A stretch of 62,313 nucleotides of DNA, filler included, from Sphacelaria rigidula (GCA_964200075.2; 7 parts of 7 records of this genome joined end to end with filler, not necessarily neighbours in it), one strand, 5' to 3'. Numbered from the whole stretch's first letter, positions 12,245 through 26,026 are shown. Numbers and translations: made by a program. The notes: generated by a model not told the origin, from the sequence alone.

Positions 12245-14940
12245 GTCGGTTCGCCATTTTTCGAATATATATGTATGGTCCGAAATAGCTTAGCCCCAGT
12301 CTACTCCCATGACCTTGTTTTATTTTGTGCATGTATGCATGTACTTTTTGCGCACGGCCTTTTTTTCTCTCCCGAAGACATGCCGCAGGGGTCGGCTATT
12401 TCTAGATGTAATTCGTTCTCTGTTTTCTGTTTTTTTTTTCTTCTAGTTCGTCTCCGCTCTTCTTTTCCTCGTCTCGTTTGTTCTGGTGTTGGGTGTTGGT
12501 TCTTTCTTCCTCAGTTCATTCCGGTCGTTTGTTTGATCTTTTCATTTTCCTGCTACTTGACTTGTTCTAGAGCAAGTATTCCCGTTTCGTATACCTTGGG
12601 TACGTACGCCTGTGTTGTGATCGTGGCTGACTCCCTCTGGGATCTGTTTCGTGCGGCAATCAAATGCGGCCACCCCGACCTGGTGGTCTAATTTAAAATG
12701 TTACATGCGTGAAACCGGTCAGGGTGACGTTGAGGGTGCAAACCACAGCAGCTGCCTTTTTTTTTCCTCGCCTGAGGAGTACAAGGATCTCGTGTTCCCC
12801 GTCGGAATCGTGATGACGTTTGCGAGTGGCAAGGGAAGAACAACCGTCGAAAGTCGGCAGGGTGCGGCAGTGCGGGTCCAATCCGCGATACCAAAATGTC
12901 TGTCAGGCATGTTCATTGCCGGGGGTGAGATTGTTCAGTGCCGGGGGTGAGATGGGTTGATGCTGTGAAACTCCGGACTGGTCATCTACAGAAAGGGAGG
13001 ATGAAAGGGGAAATATTGAGAGTATGGCGAGAAGAAAGGACAAAAAAGCAAATAAAATATCCCCATCATTTTTTTCGTCCTTGTTTTCAAGTATAGTCTT
13101 TTCATTTTAGTGAATGATGGGTTTGAACACTCTGACCACCCGGGCCGTAGGTCGTCCGTTGAATCGGCATCACGTTCACCTAAAGAATGAATGCATGACC
13201 TAGATGACCTACCCTAGGGGTCAAAAGGGTTAACCCGAGTTCGTCATGTCATCCAGATATTGTTTTTTCTTTCCCTTGCCTCTTGCATTTCGTGCGAGTT
13301 GCTCCTGAGATCCGAATCTTCATGTAGGGTTGAAGAGTATGAAGAGTCTCAAGCGCTCGCCAGGGCGCGCAGCGCGCGCTTTTTGCTGGAGTCGGCGCCG
13401 CAGGGCGCCGAGCCGAGTTGGGTCCTCCCCCCCTCTCTCCGCCAACGCGCACTTTGGAACACCTATTTCTCCGCAGCTGGGGCGTGGGTCACGGTTGCTC
13501 GTTGGAGCTCAGCATTTGTAGAGGGTCTCAACCATTGAGAAGTCTTCGCCGGTTGTAGAGAGTCCAGCGCGGAAGGATGTTCTGCTTTTCTACGTAGCCA
13601 GCTGGCTTTGCGCTTGGCAGGAAGGGGGTGTTTATGTTCCGCATCTTGTCTTCCTCCATGTAGTTCGGGCTCGCTTTCGACTCCTCTATCCTTGGCAAGG
13701 GTTTTTGCATATTTTGCCCCATGCAGTAGCAACCGCGTCCAATCCGTAACACACAAGTGGGGGTGAACCTGCGGTCGTGGGCTTGAATGGACTGCTTGGC
13801 GATCAGGCAGTGAATCAATCCAGCGTTGGCCCATTGGAAACCGAACGCTTTTTACTAACAAGACTGAGAAGCCTATGAGTTTGCCACGGTTTTGTTCAGA
13901 GGGAATTAGGCACGTATTGTTACCACCTGTCGTCGCTGCTCCAAATCGTGTGCAATTTACCACAGTGCAGATTGATTCAGACGTAGCCCCCTACCAACAC
14001 CCTCTGTACGTTTCGCCCTTCGATTACGAGTCAGGCTTCATGTTAGCTGTAGACTTCGAGCTAGACAACGGAAGGAGCAGGGTTAAGCGATGCAGAGTCT
14101 CGTAGCTTAGGCGCTTCTCACGGTTATGCAACAGTTCAAACACCACGGCCACCTTTCGGTGGAGGCGGCGTATTGATCCGTACACAGCAAGAGTGGATCA
14201 TTTGTTGGATCGGCATCTATCTCACTCGAAAAAAAAAGTCCGATCCAAATGGATCTCCCTCGCGGTCTTAGGGTCAACGCGAGTTGACCGCCAGGCTCCA
14301 TGGTTGAGATGTGACTATTTCTTGTCCTACGCAAGCCGTCCCTCCGACGAGAGGCATCGCTGTAATCCTCGCGGAGGATTATTTTTCAGAGGGTGTTCCC
14401 CGCTGGCGAAGTGTACGGTTGGAGCGAAAATCGTGCCCTGCCCACGCTTGTGAGCATCTGAGACTGACAGCCAGCCCCCAGAAGATCCGACTGTGATGGT
14501 CTACGCCAAAACAGAGTATTCTTTCAACCATGGGATTTTTCAGCCACCACCTCGCGTAAACTCTTCGCAGTTTCGGTTTGTTACCTGTAGATAACGACAA
14601 TTAGTGGTACTGTACAAAAGTATGCACAGTTAGCCACCCCACCCCCCCCCCCTCCTTCCCACAAAACAGTAGTACAGTAGTAACAACATCGCCGCTGCAA
14701 CCTGGTGAGGAGTGAAATTTGTTGAGGCGGGAGAACGCGGCTTCGTAATTTCGGTCGATGCATGCGAAGATTTTTCTTCGAGTTTCTTGTCTCCGTCATT
14801 GGAAACGTGGAGGCATGAGGTAGCCAAGGAAATTTAATTGAGGAGGTTGCCGCCGTGCACTTTGGCTGTTGTCCACACATGAAAAGAAGAACCCTTGAGA
14901 AATTTGGAAGTGCGTGTGACAATCCATGGCCCTACTGCAG

Positions 14941-15038
14941 GTGTATGACACCGTGCACAACGTGGTGATGCTCATGAACAAGCTAGCGCCGCCTGCCGAC
15001 GTCAATGAAAAGCGCACCCTGTCCGAGTGGTTCAAGAG
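14941..15038 (+). CDS. Internal exon of the Lon N-terminal domain protein
   Basis: ctgcag| VYDTVHNVVMLMNKLAPPADVNEKRTLSEWFK(R) |gtgagg; phase-compatible with both neighbours; absent from the ORF track. Confidence 0.75.
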
Positions 15039-16079
15039 GTGAGGACTCTCGATTCTAAGCGTTTTGCGGCTCTCAACGTTCGGTTCCGTGTTTTAGTTCC
15101 GTTTATGATTGTTATTTTCATCGATAAGATATGGCATAGTTGATGTACTGCGGGAGTATCCCTCGTCGCTTCTCGTAATAGCCGCAAAGTGGGGGCGAAA
15201 CCCGATCATCAGGTCATAACCCATTGAATAATGACGTGTACATCGTGTACTTTCATGGCCGGCGAAGGCAAACTGGCGATATTGTTACAAATCACCGATA
15301 CGAAACGATACAATGCGATATTATATGATATTATTATCTCAGTACAATGAGCCAATATTGTCGGCGCCAATACTGTTCCATTAAGAAACGTTTTGATTCC
15401 AGTTTTCGGGTTATTTGAATGTGACCAGTATTGTTGCTGCACTATCCGTTGTCTGAGCGTTTTTCAGTGATGACCCTTCTTGGGCCACGACGCCCGACTA
15501 GAGGGACCTCGAAAACAACGTCGAGAATATGTCGAGAGCAGTGATCGATCAGGTTGGAAAGTGTTGAATCTTCAACGGCTGGAGGGCACGAAATACGCGA
15601 AATGTTTGTTGTGACAGGGGGCGTTAGCCACGAGGAGGGAGGAGGTGCTTAGCTATACAACTGTGGGAATACTACGCGTGTTACTGGGTGAACGAAAAAA
15701 GCGACTCAGACAATCGCAACAACACGTGATGGACAGCGGGGAGATTATATTTGTAGCGCTGATTGATTGGTCACTGAGTGCGGCACATCAGCTGAGCTGC
15801 TAACAAATTCAATTATGACTCTGTGATGATTGGAACTGATTGATGAATCGTTGCACATGAAGTAATCCAGTGGAAATCCAACCGTCAAGCGTGGTCACGA
15901 GAGATATGCGTACCACACACCATACAAAATACGAACGGAAACGCTCACATTCATCTTAATAATGGATAATGGTATTTTGAGTAGTAGTCGAAGATACAAA
16001 ATGATTCACGGCAGCGTTCGAGTAGGGCACGACGAAAATGATTTAGGGATGCGTGACGACATTCCGATGTGGCCGCCAG

Positions 16080-16227
16080 GTACGCACCGAAGAAGAGGCT
16101 TGATGAGGGCGCGGATGGGTTGCCACCAACGGATGCGGCGAGCGAGAACGAGCGGAGAATGAAGTTTTCCTACGCTGTCGCGGAAATGATTTCCATGGAT
16201 CCGCACACCAAGCAGTTACTTTTGCAG
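16080..16227 (+). CDS. Internal exon of the Lon N-terminal domain protein
   Basis: gccag| YAPKKRLDEG...ERRMKFSYAVAEMISMDPHTKQLLLQ |gtgtgt; the FS..VA......KQ.LL pattern is typical of the Lon-N helical part. Confidence 0.8.
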
Positions 16228-17727
16228 GTGTGTACTGTACATCAGGGTTGGAAAAAAACAGTCGTCAGCGCATCTGCGCTAGTGCAGATATTTGGCCTAA
16301 ATCTCGGGCAGCGCAGTATGTTGGGAGGGCGGCCTGGCGCACAACAACAACAACAACAACACAATTCGAGGCGAGGCGAAAACAACGTGTAGAGGTGTTT
16401 CCGCCGGTGGGCGCAAAACATTGCCGGCGGCTGTTTGTATAACCCAAGACGTTTGTTGTTTTTGAGGTAACCCGTATATTTTTTCATTTCTTTGCGCATC
16501 TGGATGTAACAACACCATACATTTTGGCGGCAGCGGCCCCTACGCGGGGGACGGCCCTACCCGGGCGGCATCCGGGGGCTCTTCCGGGGGGGTGCATATC
16601 GTTTCCTACTTTGGTCTGCGCTAGCGCAAGCGGCGCCTCCGGAACTTCTGAAAACGGTGTACAGTAGAGTTTGTGAACCGACGATTTACGACCTGAGGTA
16701 CCTACGAGATACCAAGGGCAGGTTGGATAGGGTAAACCTGATATTGTGGTATTTTGAGAAGTGGAGATCCGACCCATGCCCACAGCAGCAGCCAGCCCAG
16801 TGCTGTTCTGTTGCTTCCCTCTCCGAAGCCCTCGTAAGTCACTGTGACTGAGCTGGGCAGGTGATGTGCGACTTTCCAAAATATCACATAATCGGATATA
16901 CCCTACCGCACACGCCCTTTCAAAATGCGTTTGAAATCGGCAGCTGATTAGCCTCGTCAGTGTGGCATGAAATGATGAGCGTACTCGTACATCGCCGTTT
17001 CTTTCTTTTGTTCGAATGATTTTTCTCGTCCCGCGGGAGGCAGAAGACAGTAACCCCCCACAACACTTGAGTGTTTGCTCCTTCTATGCTAACTTGCTAT
17101 TTAAGAGTAGACGTGGATGGGCGAACATCGGACAATCAAATTTGGACACGAGTCGGTTTTATTTTACTTCTGGTTCCATTAAGGTTCTGTCAAGATATCC
17201 TCACACACACGTACAGACGCTACAAAATTTACTTCGTGTAGATTGTTTGGAATAGCATGGTAAATGAGCATCCACCATCGAGCTGGTCCCAGCGTGTTAC
17301 ATGGGCGAAAACATGACTTGGTGTTGAGAGAGCGACGGGTTAAATGTGTCCAATCACGTTGATCGATTGATCGATTTATTGCCGCGCTTGAACCCTTTGA
17401 CGGCGAGAGCAGGTCAGTTGTTGAATCAGCATCAATTTCACTCGAAAAAGTATGCATGAACGAGACGAACTACCTTCGCGATCCAAGGGTTGAGCCGAGA
17501 GTTTCCAGGCGTACGCGCGGGGTGTGTGGAGGGTGTGGGGAGTGTGGGGGGGTTGTTCGGGGGGGTGAAGACCTATTTGCAGGGCAGCCGAAAAGCTCAT
17601 CAAGTCAGCCATATGCATTACGAAGTTTCCGACGGACAAGTGTGAAGCAGGAACGAGGCCCGAGATAAGCGCAGTGACCATTCTGACGGATCACGGCTAT
17701 CAAAATGGCCACTTTGTTCTCCTACAG

Positions 17728-17736
17728 GTGGACTCT
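17728..17736 (+). CDS. Probable start of the next Lon-N exon, truncated by the contig end
   Basis: Pyrimidine tract ttgttctcctacag| GTG GAC TCT (VDS) in phase 0, matching the expected LL..S/T..RL continuation. Confidence 0.5.
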
Positions 17737-20244
17737 NNNNNNNNNNNNNNNNNNNNNNNNNNNNNNNNNNNNNNNNNNNNTTAATTAATTAANNNNNNNN
17801 NNNNNNNNNNNNNNNNNNNNNNNNNNNNNNNNNNNNATTTTTCACCTGGTTGGGGCCGGTTTAAGCTGGACCCTGTCACTTCTGCCATGGGTGGGGGGGT
17901 GGCGTACTCATTTGTTGCTTGCCTTAGTCGTGTGACCATTGACTTATACCATGGTGGAGAGGGCGATTTCATGTTCGGACGATAGGGCGAACCGCAACAT
18001 TTTACACCCAGATCACCTGCCATACGAATCTTCCTGATCCGTAGTTCTCGCTTGTGATTGTTGCGGCGTGAAGTTTTACTTGATGCTTTGTCCACCTTTG
18101 GTCCGAACAGTATGACTCGTCTGCACTTTTCCCCGCAAAACGTCATTTTACACGGGACAAACTTGGTCTCTCGAGTTGTGAACTATGACGATGAGTAAAC
18201 TCTTGAATTGTCGCCGCCATTTCTCATGGCTGGGTTTGGTTTTGGCATCTCGAGTGCTGTTCGTTTTTTGGGATTACCCAAGCTTCAGTATTACTTGCAG
18301 TGGAGTTGAAAGTTGTAACCACTGGGCTTCCATCCCTCCTCAGCCCCCAGATCGCCTGTGGTCAACTCGGATTTGCAACTGTTGGTCTTAAGTGATTGAC
18401 ATAGCACGTCTATTTACATGAGCAGGTGGATGCTGATCATTTGTACACAAGTTGATGCAAGAGAACCCCTGAACGGCTTTAAGCGAAGTCAGGTGTATCT
18501 ACGTTCTCACTGAACGATTGTGGTCGCATAGCTCTCCATGCTTTCGTGCTCTTCACGTGGTGTACGCCAGTCACCACTACAGCCCCAATTTTCACAAACA
18601 TCCTCTTTGCCTAATGCGTTCGTATTCTTGGGACTTTGGCGGAAGTGTTGACACACGTCGAGATTTTGATGCTCTGCATGTACATCGTCTCCACTGCTCC
18701 GTTCTGTACTGCACTGCTGCTGTACCGCCGTATGAAGACTACCACTAAACATACGGACTACCGTCGTACATGCGGATTTTTTTCACCGGCGGCTGGATAC
18801 CGCGGTGCAGAGAATATCTAGTGCGCTATTATCCTTTTCTGCACATAGTCAGCGCTCTTTTCATCTCTGCTTCATTTTTACAGTACTCGTAGTGTGGAGC
18901 TGTTTTGGTAACACAACAGGGGGCAGGCAGGTTGCAAAGATTGCACGGTTCGGACGAATCATCGCCGGTTCGAATAACCAAATCCACGATTTCTTAGGCC
19001 TGATTGCTCGAACGAAAGAAAAAAGTCGTTCGCTGGCCGAAAAGTTCTTCACGCAAATCTTGCGCCATTGCATGCGCCTGGGCTGCGCGCACCTGGGTTG
19101 CAACGCTGAAAACAAAGCCTGAGGATTGATTCGTACGGTACGAACCAACTACACTAAAATCACGTAACTTCCAGACGAAACATTAGAATTCGTCCGACCC
19201 TTGAAAGATTGCGCGAAGAGCTAAAAAGTATCTGAGTATCCCAGTGATTTCTCCAGCTCGAGTAAAACGCTGCTCGACCACGACGTGCGCGAAGATGAGC
19301 GATCTGAACGGCAACGTTATGGACCAAGTGATCAATCGGTCTCACCATGGTGGTCACTCCCATCCCCTCTAGGTCTGTCGCTCGATTGACAATTACCTGC
19401 AGGCGCGCATGGTTGATCTGGAGGGCATGTCGCTTTGGCTTGGAACTTGCGCCTCCTCTCCCCGCTCAAGCACCCTCTTTCTCCACGCTGCCGCCCTTGA
19501 AACCCAGAGCTGTCAGTGAGCGACGCTATTCCTAGCAAAAGCCCGCAGTCAAATAGTGAACTCGTTGGCTACGAAGGTTTTGGGATATTCACTGTGGCAG
19601 GTTCATTGTATTGATATTGAAGTTGGCAACATGGACCTAAGTATCAACGTCTGAAGTTGGCCTTTTGAATACGTTTTTGTCTAGTTTTCTCTATTTGCTC
19701 CATGGTTTCTTTCTTCGTCGTCTCCATTTCTCTACTTTCCTTTAGACAGAGTTTCAAATTTTTTCATCGTGGGTACAGTGCGTTTATCTTATGGATAATG
19801 ACCGCGGCTGCATCCCTCGGGGACCAGTCAATATTCGGTAATCAATCAATCAACCAATCAATCAAAGGTCGAGTTATCCTACAAAATAGCGGGGACGGTG
19901 GGTGGGGATCGGGGATCGGGGGGGCGGGGGCGGGGGCGGGATGGGTAACCGCCTTCTACAGATAGATCCTTTGAAGCGTCGACGCAGGCAGCAAGTTCCA
20001 CTCCAGCGGTACAGCATCACCATGAAGCATTTGTTTATTCAACCTGGCAACATTTCCCACCCGTGCACAGGCCCCAAGTGAGTGTGCGGGGTCGTGTAGC
20101 ACGCCCATCAACTCCCCCCATCCCACCCACCCCTCCTTATCATAGGATCACTCAGGATCACAGCTTACCTGTGTCGTTTGTTTTTCAACGCCTTTCTGAT
20201 GATGGTCTGTCTGTGTGTGCGTGTGTGTGTTGTGTTTGAGATAG

Positions 20245-20430
20245 GTGGAGCGAGAAGCGCGACCGGTGGAGGTGTATAGCCTCAAACAGGTGGATCCGCC
20301 ACCGCCACTTCCCAAGATAGCGCTGAAAGTAAGATGCGGAGGGGGCTTTTACGTCCGCACTTTGATAGAGGACCTGTCCAAGGCTGTTGGTTCGAGGGGG
20401 CATATGACCTCCTTGGAGAGGACAAAACAG
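20245..20430 (+). CDS. truB: tRNA pseudouridine(55) synthase TruB/Pus4 family, internal exon; upstream exons not on this contig
   Basis: atag| VEREARPVEVYSL...LKVRCGGGFYVRTLIEDLSKAVGSRGHMTSLERTKQ |gtgtgc; TruB motifs C..G.YVR.L..D and H...L.RT. Confidence 0.93.
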
Positions 20431-21280
20431 GTGTGCAAAAATACATACAGTACACACTTGCAAATGCCTTTACACCTGATGGTTATCTTGTTTGCGAGAA
20501 ACACCACCGTAGCTTTCTCTTTTTGCTTTTGAGTTTGTTCTTGACCGTCTTATTGTTGTTGTTGTTGTTGTTATTGTTGTCATATTTTCTGTCTACATTC
20601 CTCTTTCTCCTCTCTTTTTCCTCCCAAGCCTGCCGTATTCGTGTCTGTGTCTGCTTCCTGTGAAGTTTACCGCTGGGGCTTCCTGCATAACGGGTTGGTC
20701 TCCGGATAGTTCAATCGCACTCCGCTTTCACGACCGTGCTTTTTTTTCTTTTTTCCTTGAAGGAAGGGGGAGACCTGACCCAACACTTCCCCCGCAAGCG
20801 GGTTCGTGTGCTGATTACCCGGAGGCTCGGCAATATTGCCTCGCGGCAGTTATGTGGGGTAGGCGCCTTGAGCGTTCGCAAGCTTTTGCTGAAGCTAGTG
20901 TGGGGGTCTGACCGACTCGAATCTCCTGTCAACTTGGCGCATTGCACGCGCTGTCCTACTTTTCAGAGCTTCGGCCCTGGACTGTGCTCTTTTTGGTACC
21001 TCCTTATCTCGAACCATCGCAGGGACCTATCAGGATTTTGCTCGGGGCCGGTACTACGTTTCAGCCTAGTATTCATGTCAAGTCTATTCTCTTTTCTGTT
21101 TTCTATTTCTACATGCCCATTTCCTCGAAGTCTCTTTGGCTATTGTTTTCGTACATTGACTCGGGGACGTCTTTGTTGTGCGACGAACTCTTGTTCTGAA
21201 CGCAATTGATCCGCGACACGGGTGTTTTCGTGCGAGCGGTTCATGCTTGAACAATTCCTGCGGCGGTAAACCGGGATATA

Positions 21281-21470
21281 CTTGTAGTGCTTGAGAGGAC
21301 CGCGTGCTTAGAGGACCGCATCTGGATTTGAACGTCCCTATGGTTGGGGTTAGGGTCAGGGGCGTGGTTCCTGCAGGGACCGGTCCGATTGGTTTCGAAA
21401 AACGTCGATCCTGGGGTGTTTTGGACCACGGCGCGGTCTTCTAAGCACGCGGTCCTCTCACGCATTACAG
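21281..21470. mobile_element. MITE with ~37-bp TIRs and internal telomere-like (TTAGGG/TTGGGG) motifs; partial copies at 24297-24440 and 26544-26653
   Basis: tgtagtgcttgagaggaccgcgtgcttagaggaccgc pairs with gcggtcttctaagcacgcggtcctctcacgcattaca; internal ggttggggttagggtcagggg; the 26544 copy has (ggttag)4. Confidence 0.85.
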
Positions 21471-22462
21471 TACTGAGCAAATTTCGCCAGTTGCAGATAT
21501 CGTCAACCAACTTGAAGCTGAGGTGCCTCCTCAGCACAGGCATTATACTGGAGAAGAGACCAAGCGACAGAGCATACTATCTGTGGCACAGTACACTATA
21601 AATGGCGCAATGACTGGGAGGCGGATAGCTTACTCTCAACACTACAGCAACCGTGGTGGGCATACGAAAACAATATTGATTCAGTCGCCATTCTTGGATA
21701 CAAAAGGCGAAACAAAGTGGGCATCGGGCTAGCTAAGTTCCTGAGGCCAAGTAGAACGATCCTGAGGCCTCAGGGTGAAGAGGCTAGGGGCTTGTGTCCA
21801 GCAACTTCATGGCCGCCAACACAACCACACGTCTCCTGGACATGTAGCACCGAACCATCGTCACAGTGGCTGCCGCTTGCTCCTTCATATGCGTGGGTGG
21901 TGGGGCAGCGCGGGCAAACGTCACGCTGGTTGGACCTACCTTGTTGGGCTTTCGGATATTGAGTAGGGCATGACTTGCGCTGTTTTTTTATTGTGGCAAT
22001 ACGTTCTTGTACTTTTGAACGGCCTGCGCTCTTCAACACAAGTTCGCCCCCACATTCGTGTGGATTTTCAACGACGAGGAGCTCTACCTTTTGTCAGCGG
22101 TGGTATTATTTCCAGTTTCGTGTCATGAGAAATGGTCGCTGGCGAAAGCCTCACGAAGATGCCGAAAAATAGTTTTCGTGTGACCAGTTCCTGGCCGGTA
22201 CGACTTGGTCTAACTACCGCGGCTTCATCTGTTTCGGGTCGTATCCATACTTCGACCCACGCTTGGCGTAGTTTTCAGCACGTAGCGTTCCCCCCTGCAG
22301 TATATTCTGCAACCTCGACGCGCGGAACTGTTGTTATTGTTTTTGTTATTGTTGTTATTTTTATCCGGAAAGACCTGAGCACTAGTAACCCTCTCTCTTT
22401 GTTGCCTTTCTCGTTTCTTTCTTGTGTTGATACTCTGCTTTTCACGCCAAAAAATGATTCAG

Positions 22463-22660
22463 GGACCGTTTGAGTTGCAGCACGCACTCCGAGAAGAAGA
22501 CTGGAACTATGAGCGATTATGTCGGCATATTCAGGAAGCGAGGGTGTTTTTGCCGCTACCGAACTTGAGCAAAAATGAGACGACAGAGAATGCAGCCGAA
22601 CCGAAACATGCCGCGGCACTGCCGCCAGTTCGCGAGCCTGTAACTGCGAATCGGGAGTGA
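22463..22660 (+). CDS. truB: TruB family, terminal exon with stop codon
   Basis: ttcag| GPFELQHALREEDWNYERLCRHI...NRE*; completes the RTKQ-GPF.L..AL motif in phase 0. Confidence 0.9.
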   Translation, partial: GPFELQHALREEDWNYERLCRHIQEARVFLPLPNLSKNETTENAAEPKHAAALPPVREPVTANRE

Positions 22661-25124
22661 CCAGCCTTGGTGGGCACGTCTGTAAGGATACCTTGTGTGT
22701 GCGATCTCTTCCGCCTTTTGTTTTGGATAATTCGAGTCAATCGCTCTTGTCAGCTCTTGGGAGACATGAGCGTTGGGGTGGATGTCGGAAACGGCTATCA
22801 ACATAAATTAGATGAAGCTAAGTCATTCTTCAAGTAGCGCAGTACAAATGGCTATCAAGACTCGAAATTTTGGAGCAATCTACAGTGGAGTTCATGCGGA
22901 TCAATGAACGTCCATGCAGTTCGAGCATAGAAAATGCTGCCTGCCGAGAATCCGGGGATCGACGACATGAATCCACCACCATTTCATGGTCAGGCATCAA
23001 TTGCAAAAAGCTGGCGTCAGAAGTACAGAAATGATTCCCATTGACGCAGGGAAGCTGCGGTAGATGGCAACGATATTTCTAGTAGAGTTTCAAGATAATG
23101 TGCGCGTACTGAAGACGTACAGAGTGCTCATTGTACCCGAGTGTGTGTGATGAGAGAGCCACGTGCGAAAGAATGGACCTGGCACAAGAATAAACTGTTG
23201 TGCACACGAATTAATGCGTTGATATCGCTTGCAAACGTTGAAGCCTTGACTGGACCGTGTTATGTAGCTTATCTCAGGAGCGTGGCCATGCCTTTCGTGA
23301 AGTCCAAGTGACAGCGACCGGGCCTCCACAAGAAAAACAGGTTGTGTTTTGAATCCAGGATGGAAGCCTGCTTGAGTTCTCCAACTCGGGAAGGCGGTCG
23401 ATGCATCACGGAAACCTCGCCAACACTTCCTGATGCGGTCCTCTCACGCATCACACCGTGTAGAAGAGTAGATGGGTAGCAGTTGGCTCGTGTGGCGCAT
23501 TCACCAAACTACTGGGGTCTAGTCGTCGTGGAGGTGCTGTGTTCTCATACTTCAAAGCCCTCTCCTTCCTCGGAACCAGTACGTGGTTCAAGGGGATCAA
23601 CCCATCTTTCCCTTGCTACATTCTTGACGATTTGATGTATACGTTTCGATTTATCGTGGATTGGGTTAGCACTCCCAGACCGCGTCGACTTCCGTCAACG
23701 TTTGCCTTTTCATTCACGCTCTCGCGTTTTCAACGTCGATGTTCAGATACTTTCAGAAAACACGCGTCATCTACCGGGATTCGGTTCCCCTCAAGCTTCC
23801 GGTCCTACCGGCAAACAGATGTAACCAGTAGGTAAGTAGGTATATTTAGGTATATCGCAACGCTTCACGTTTTGTTGGGGTTGTCAACGCTCACACAAAG
23901 TGTTGATACGTTGTGCGCGCATCAGACAACCTCTTGTTGACCGGTACGTTGTACACAATTTGACAACCCCACGGAAGTGTGAAACGTTGCAATAATCATA
24001 TACTTCGAAGTACAAGTGTTCACCTCGTGCTAACCCTCTGGCCACCCGTGTATGAGTCAAGCTACATAGTCGCAATGCGATATTGCAGTTTATCCGCAGC
24101 ACGCTCTTCGTCGCCCATGGATTTACACGCATCCCCGAACAAGCTGCTCAGCCGGCAATCGCTTCCTTCTCATGACTGTATATTGTCTGTGGCGATGCAC
24201 ATAATGAGTATCTCGGTGACAAACTCGTTCTGCTGCGAATAAAGACGTCAAAACCAACCATATCGAGCGTTGAAGGGATATCAGTAAATGTTTATGTCAG
24301 GGTTAGGGTTAGTGTTGGGGTTAGGGTCAGGGGCGTGGTACCTACAGGAACTGATCCGATTGGTTTCGAAAAACGTCGATCCTGAGGTATTTTGAACTTC
24401 GGCGCGGTCCTCCAAGCACGCGGTCCTCTCACGCATTACACACGGTATAGGCAGCAGTACTTATTATGGGTGGCCAGAGGTTAGTGTTGAGGCAGTTTTT
24501 GCAACGCCCCCCCCCCGCGTGGTTGCGTAAGCAACGTGTATACAACGGACCAGTTGTTATGGTGATGGAATTTGTATCTCCACCATGCGCACAACGTATA
24601 CATCTTCTGTACGCGTTGGCGTTCTCTTCAGCACATGAGATGTTGCATTGTCCACAGATGCCCCTCTGACCAATGGTGTAGATACCAACACCCATACTAA
24701 AAACCACAGCAATACTCAACGACGTGTTTTGTCTGTTTGGCGCGCACAAACGTTACGCACACACCACGTCATTCGTTGTTGACCCCCAAGTGCCGACAGC
24801 AACAGCTACGGCGAAACCCACTGATCTAACGCAAGTGTACATACGGTTGGGAGTTTACATATAATAGGTGTCCCCTACTTTACACAGCCCCACTCTCCTC
24901 CTCGAAACCCTGTCGCAAGCATTGCAGTAAATGCAGTGTTGCTTCTGACCTATAGGGTTTGCAGTATGAATACTCGTAAAATCTTCACCTGAACCGTGCT
25001 ATCCAAACCCCTGAGTGAAACATACGAAGTGAAACATACGAAGTATGCTTCTTTGGAAGCTCCTTACCGTATTCGAATCTTGATAGGGTTCACAGACCCA
25101 ACGGTTGGCCGAGCGTGCTCAGCG

Positions 25125-25270
25125 AGCGTTTTTGCTCAAATCGATTCCTGCAGCGCTGATTTGAGCTCTGCCAACGCAAGCTGTGCCTAGAGCACTGCAT
25201 GCATTACCCTTGCCCAGGGATTTTCGGTCTGCCTCGGGTTGGGGTTGGGGTTTATGGACGTGGTCTCAGG
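25125..25270 (+). repeat. Second dispersed family ending in telomere-like GGGTT(G/A) repeats; copies at 43515-43665(-) and 61150-61306(+)
   Basis: Shared aaatcg...gatttgag.tctg.c.acgca...cac.t.gca..ccccttg.cc.aggg.t.tcggt.tg followed by ggttggggtt(a/g)ggg. Confidence 0.7.
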
Positions 25271-25862
25271 GTTCGCGAAAGACAAGTATGCATACTGTTC
25301 AGTCGTGGACTTGGGAGCAGGGTGGGGTACTGGGGTAGAATCCATTCCTTGACGATGTCCTTGCGGAGAAACAAGCGCTGTGCGACGAGCAAACATGAAA
25401 CCCACGCCGAAACAACGCCGAACTGCAACGCATATACCATCTCGATATTTCGCCAATGCTCGTCGTACTCTACTTCCAAAAGTTTTGGTGGTTATGATGT
25501 GAGCGGTCCACTTGTTTCGTTTGGAACGTCTCTCTCTCGCAACGCCCATAACCTGTTGTATGAAACATGAAACATCCCTCTCATGCTTGCGAGATACAGT
25601 AAAATAGCAGTTGTTATTTTCGGCGATCCATCGCATCTCACCCCGCCATCCCCGGCGCGCACCGCCCCACCCCTCTCACAATCAACGCTACCACCTTTCA
25701 TCACACCATCTCCATACATCTCACGACGTTTGCTGACAAGCTTCATAGCCAAACAAGACGCCACGCACGGACAGCAACTACAGTACACAGACGGAGTGGG
25801 ACAGCTTCAACGCCCTCTCTGCCACAGCATCAGCGACTGCAGTAGTAGTAGACATCATCAGC

Positions 25863-26026
25863 ATGGCTCAACGATCTATAAGTAAGCCTGTGTCAGCGTG
25901 GGTGCAAGTCGCGGTCTGCACCAGCGGATTCTTCCTAGGATCACTTTTTCATCAAGTCGAGGGTCACGCCTTCATGATGGCCCCTGTCAGCCGCACCTTC
26001 TACTACACCCCGGTCTTTCAGCAGGC
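25863..26026 (+). CDS. Candidate first exon of a secreted LPMO-like (His-brace) protein
   Basis: MAQRSISKPVSAWVQVAVCTSGFFLGSLFHQVEG-HAFMMAPVSRTFYYTPVFQQ then |gtgagt; hydrophobic stretch, V-E-G cleavage-like site and H-x-x-M-x-x-P-x-S-R as in AA10/AA15-type N-termini; next exon not confidently identified. Confidence 0.55.

Noticed and set aside
12047-12691. 214-aa ORF with a hydrophobic C-terminus
   Set aside because: Only 12106-12244 is exon; the rest is read-through into a T-rich intron
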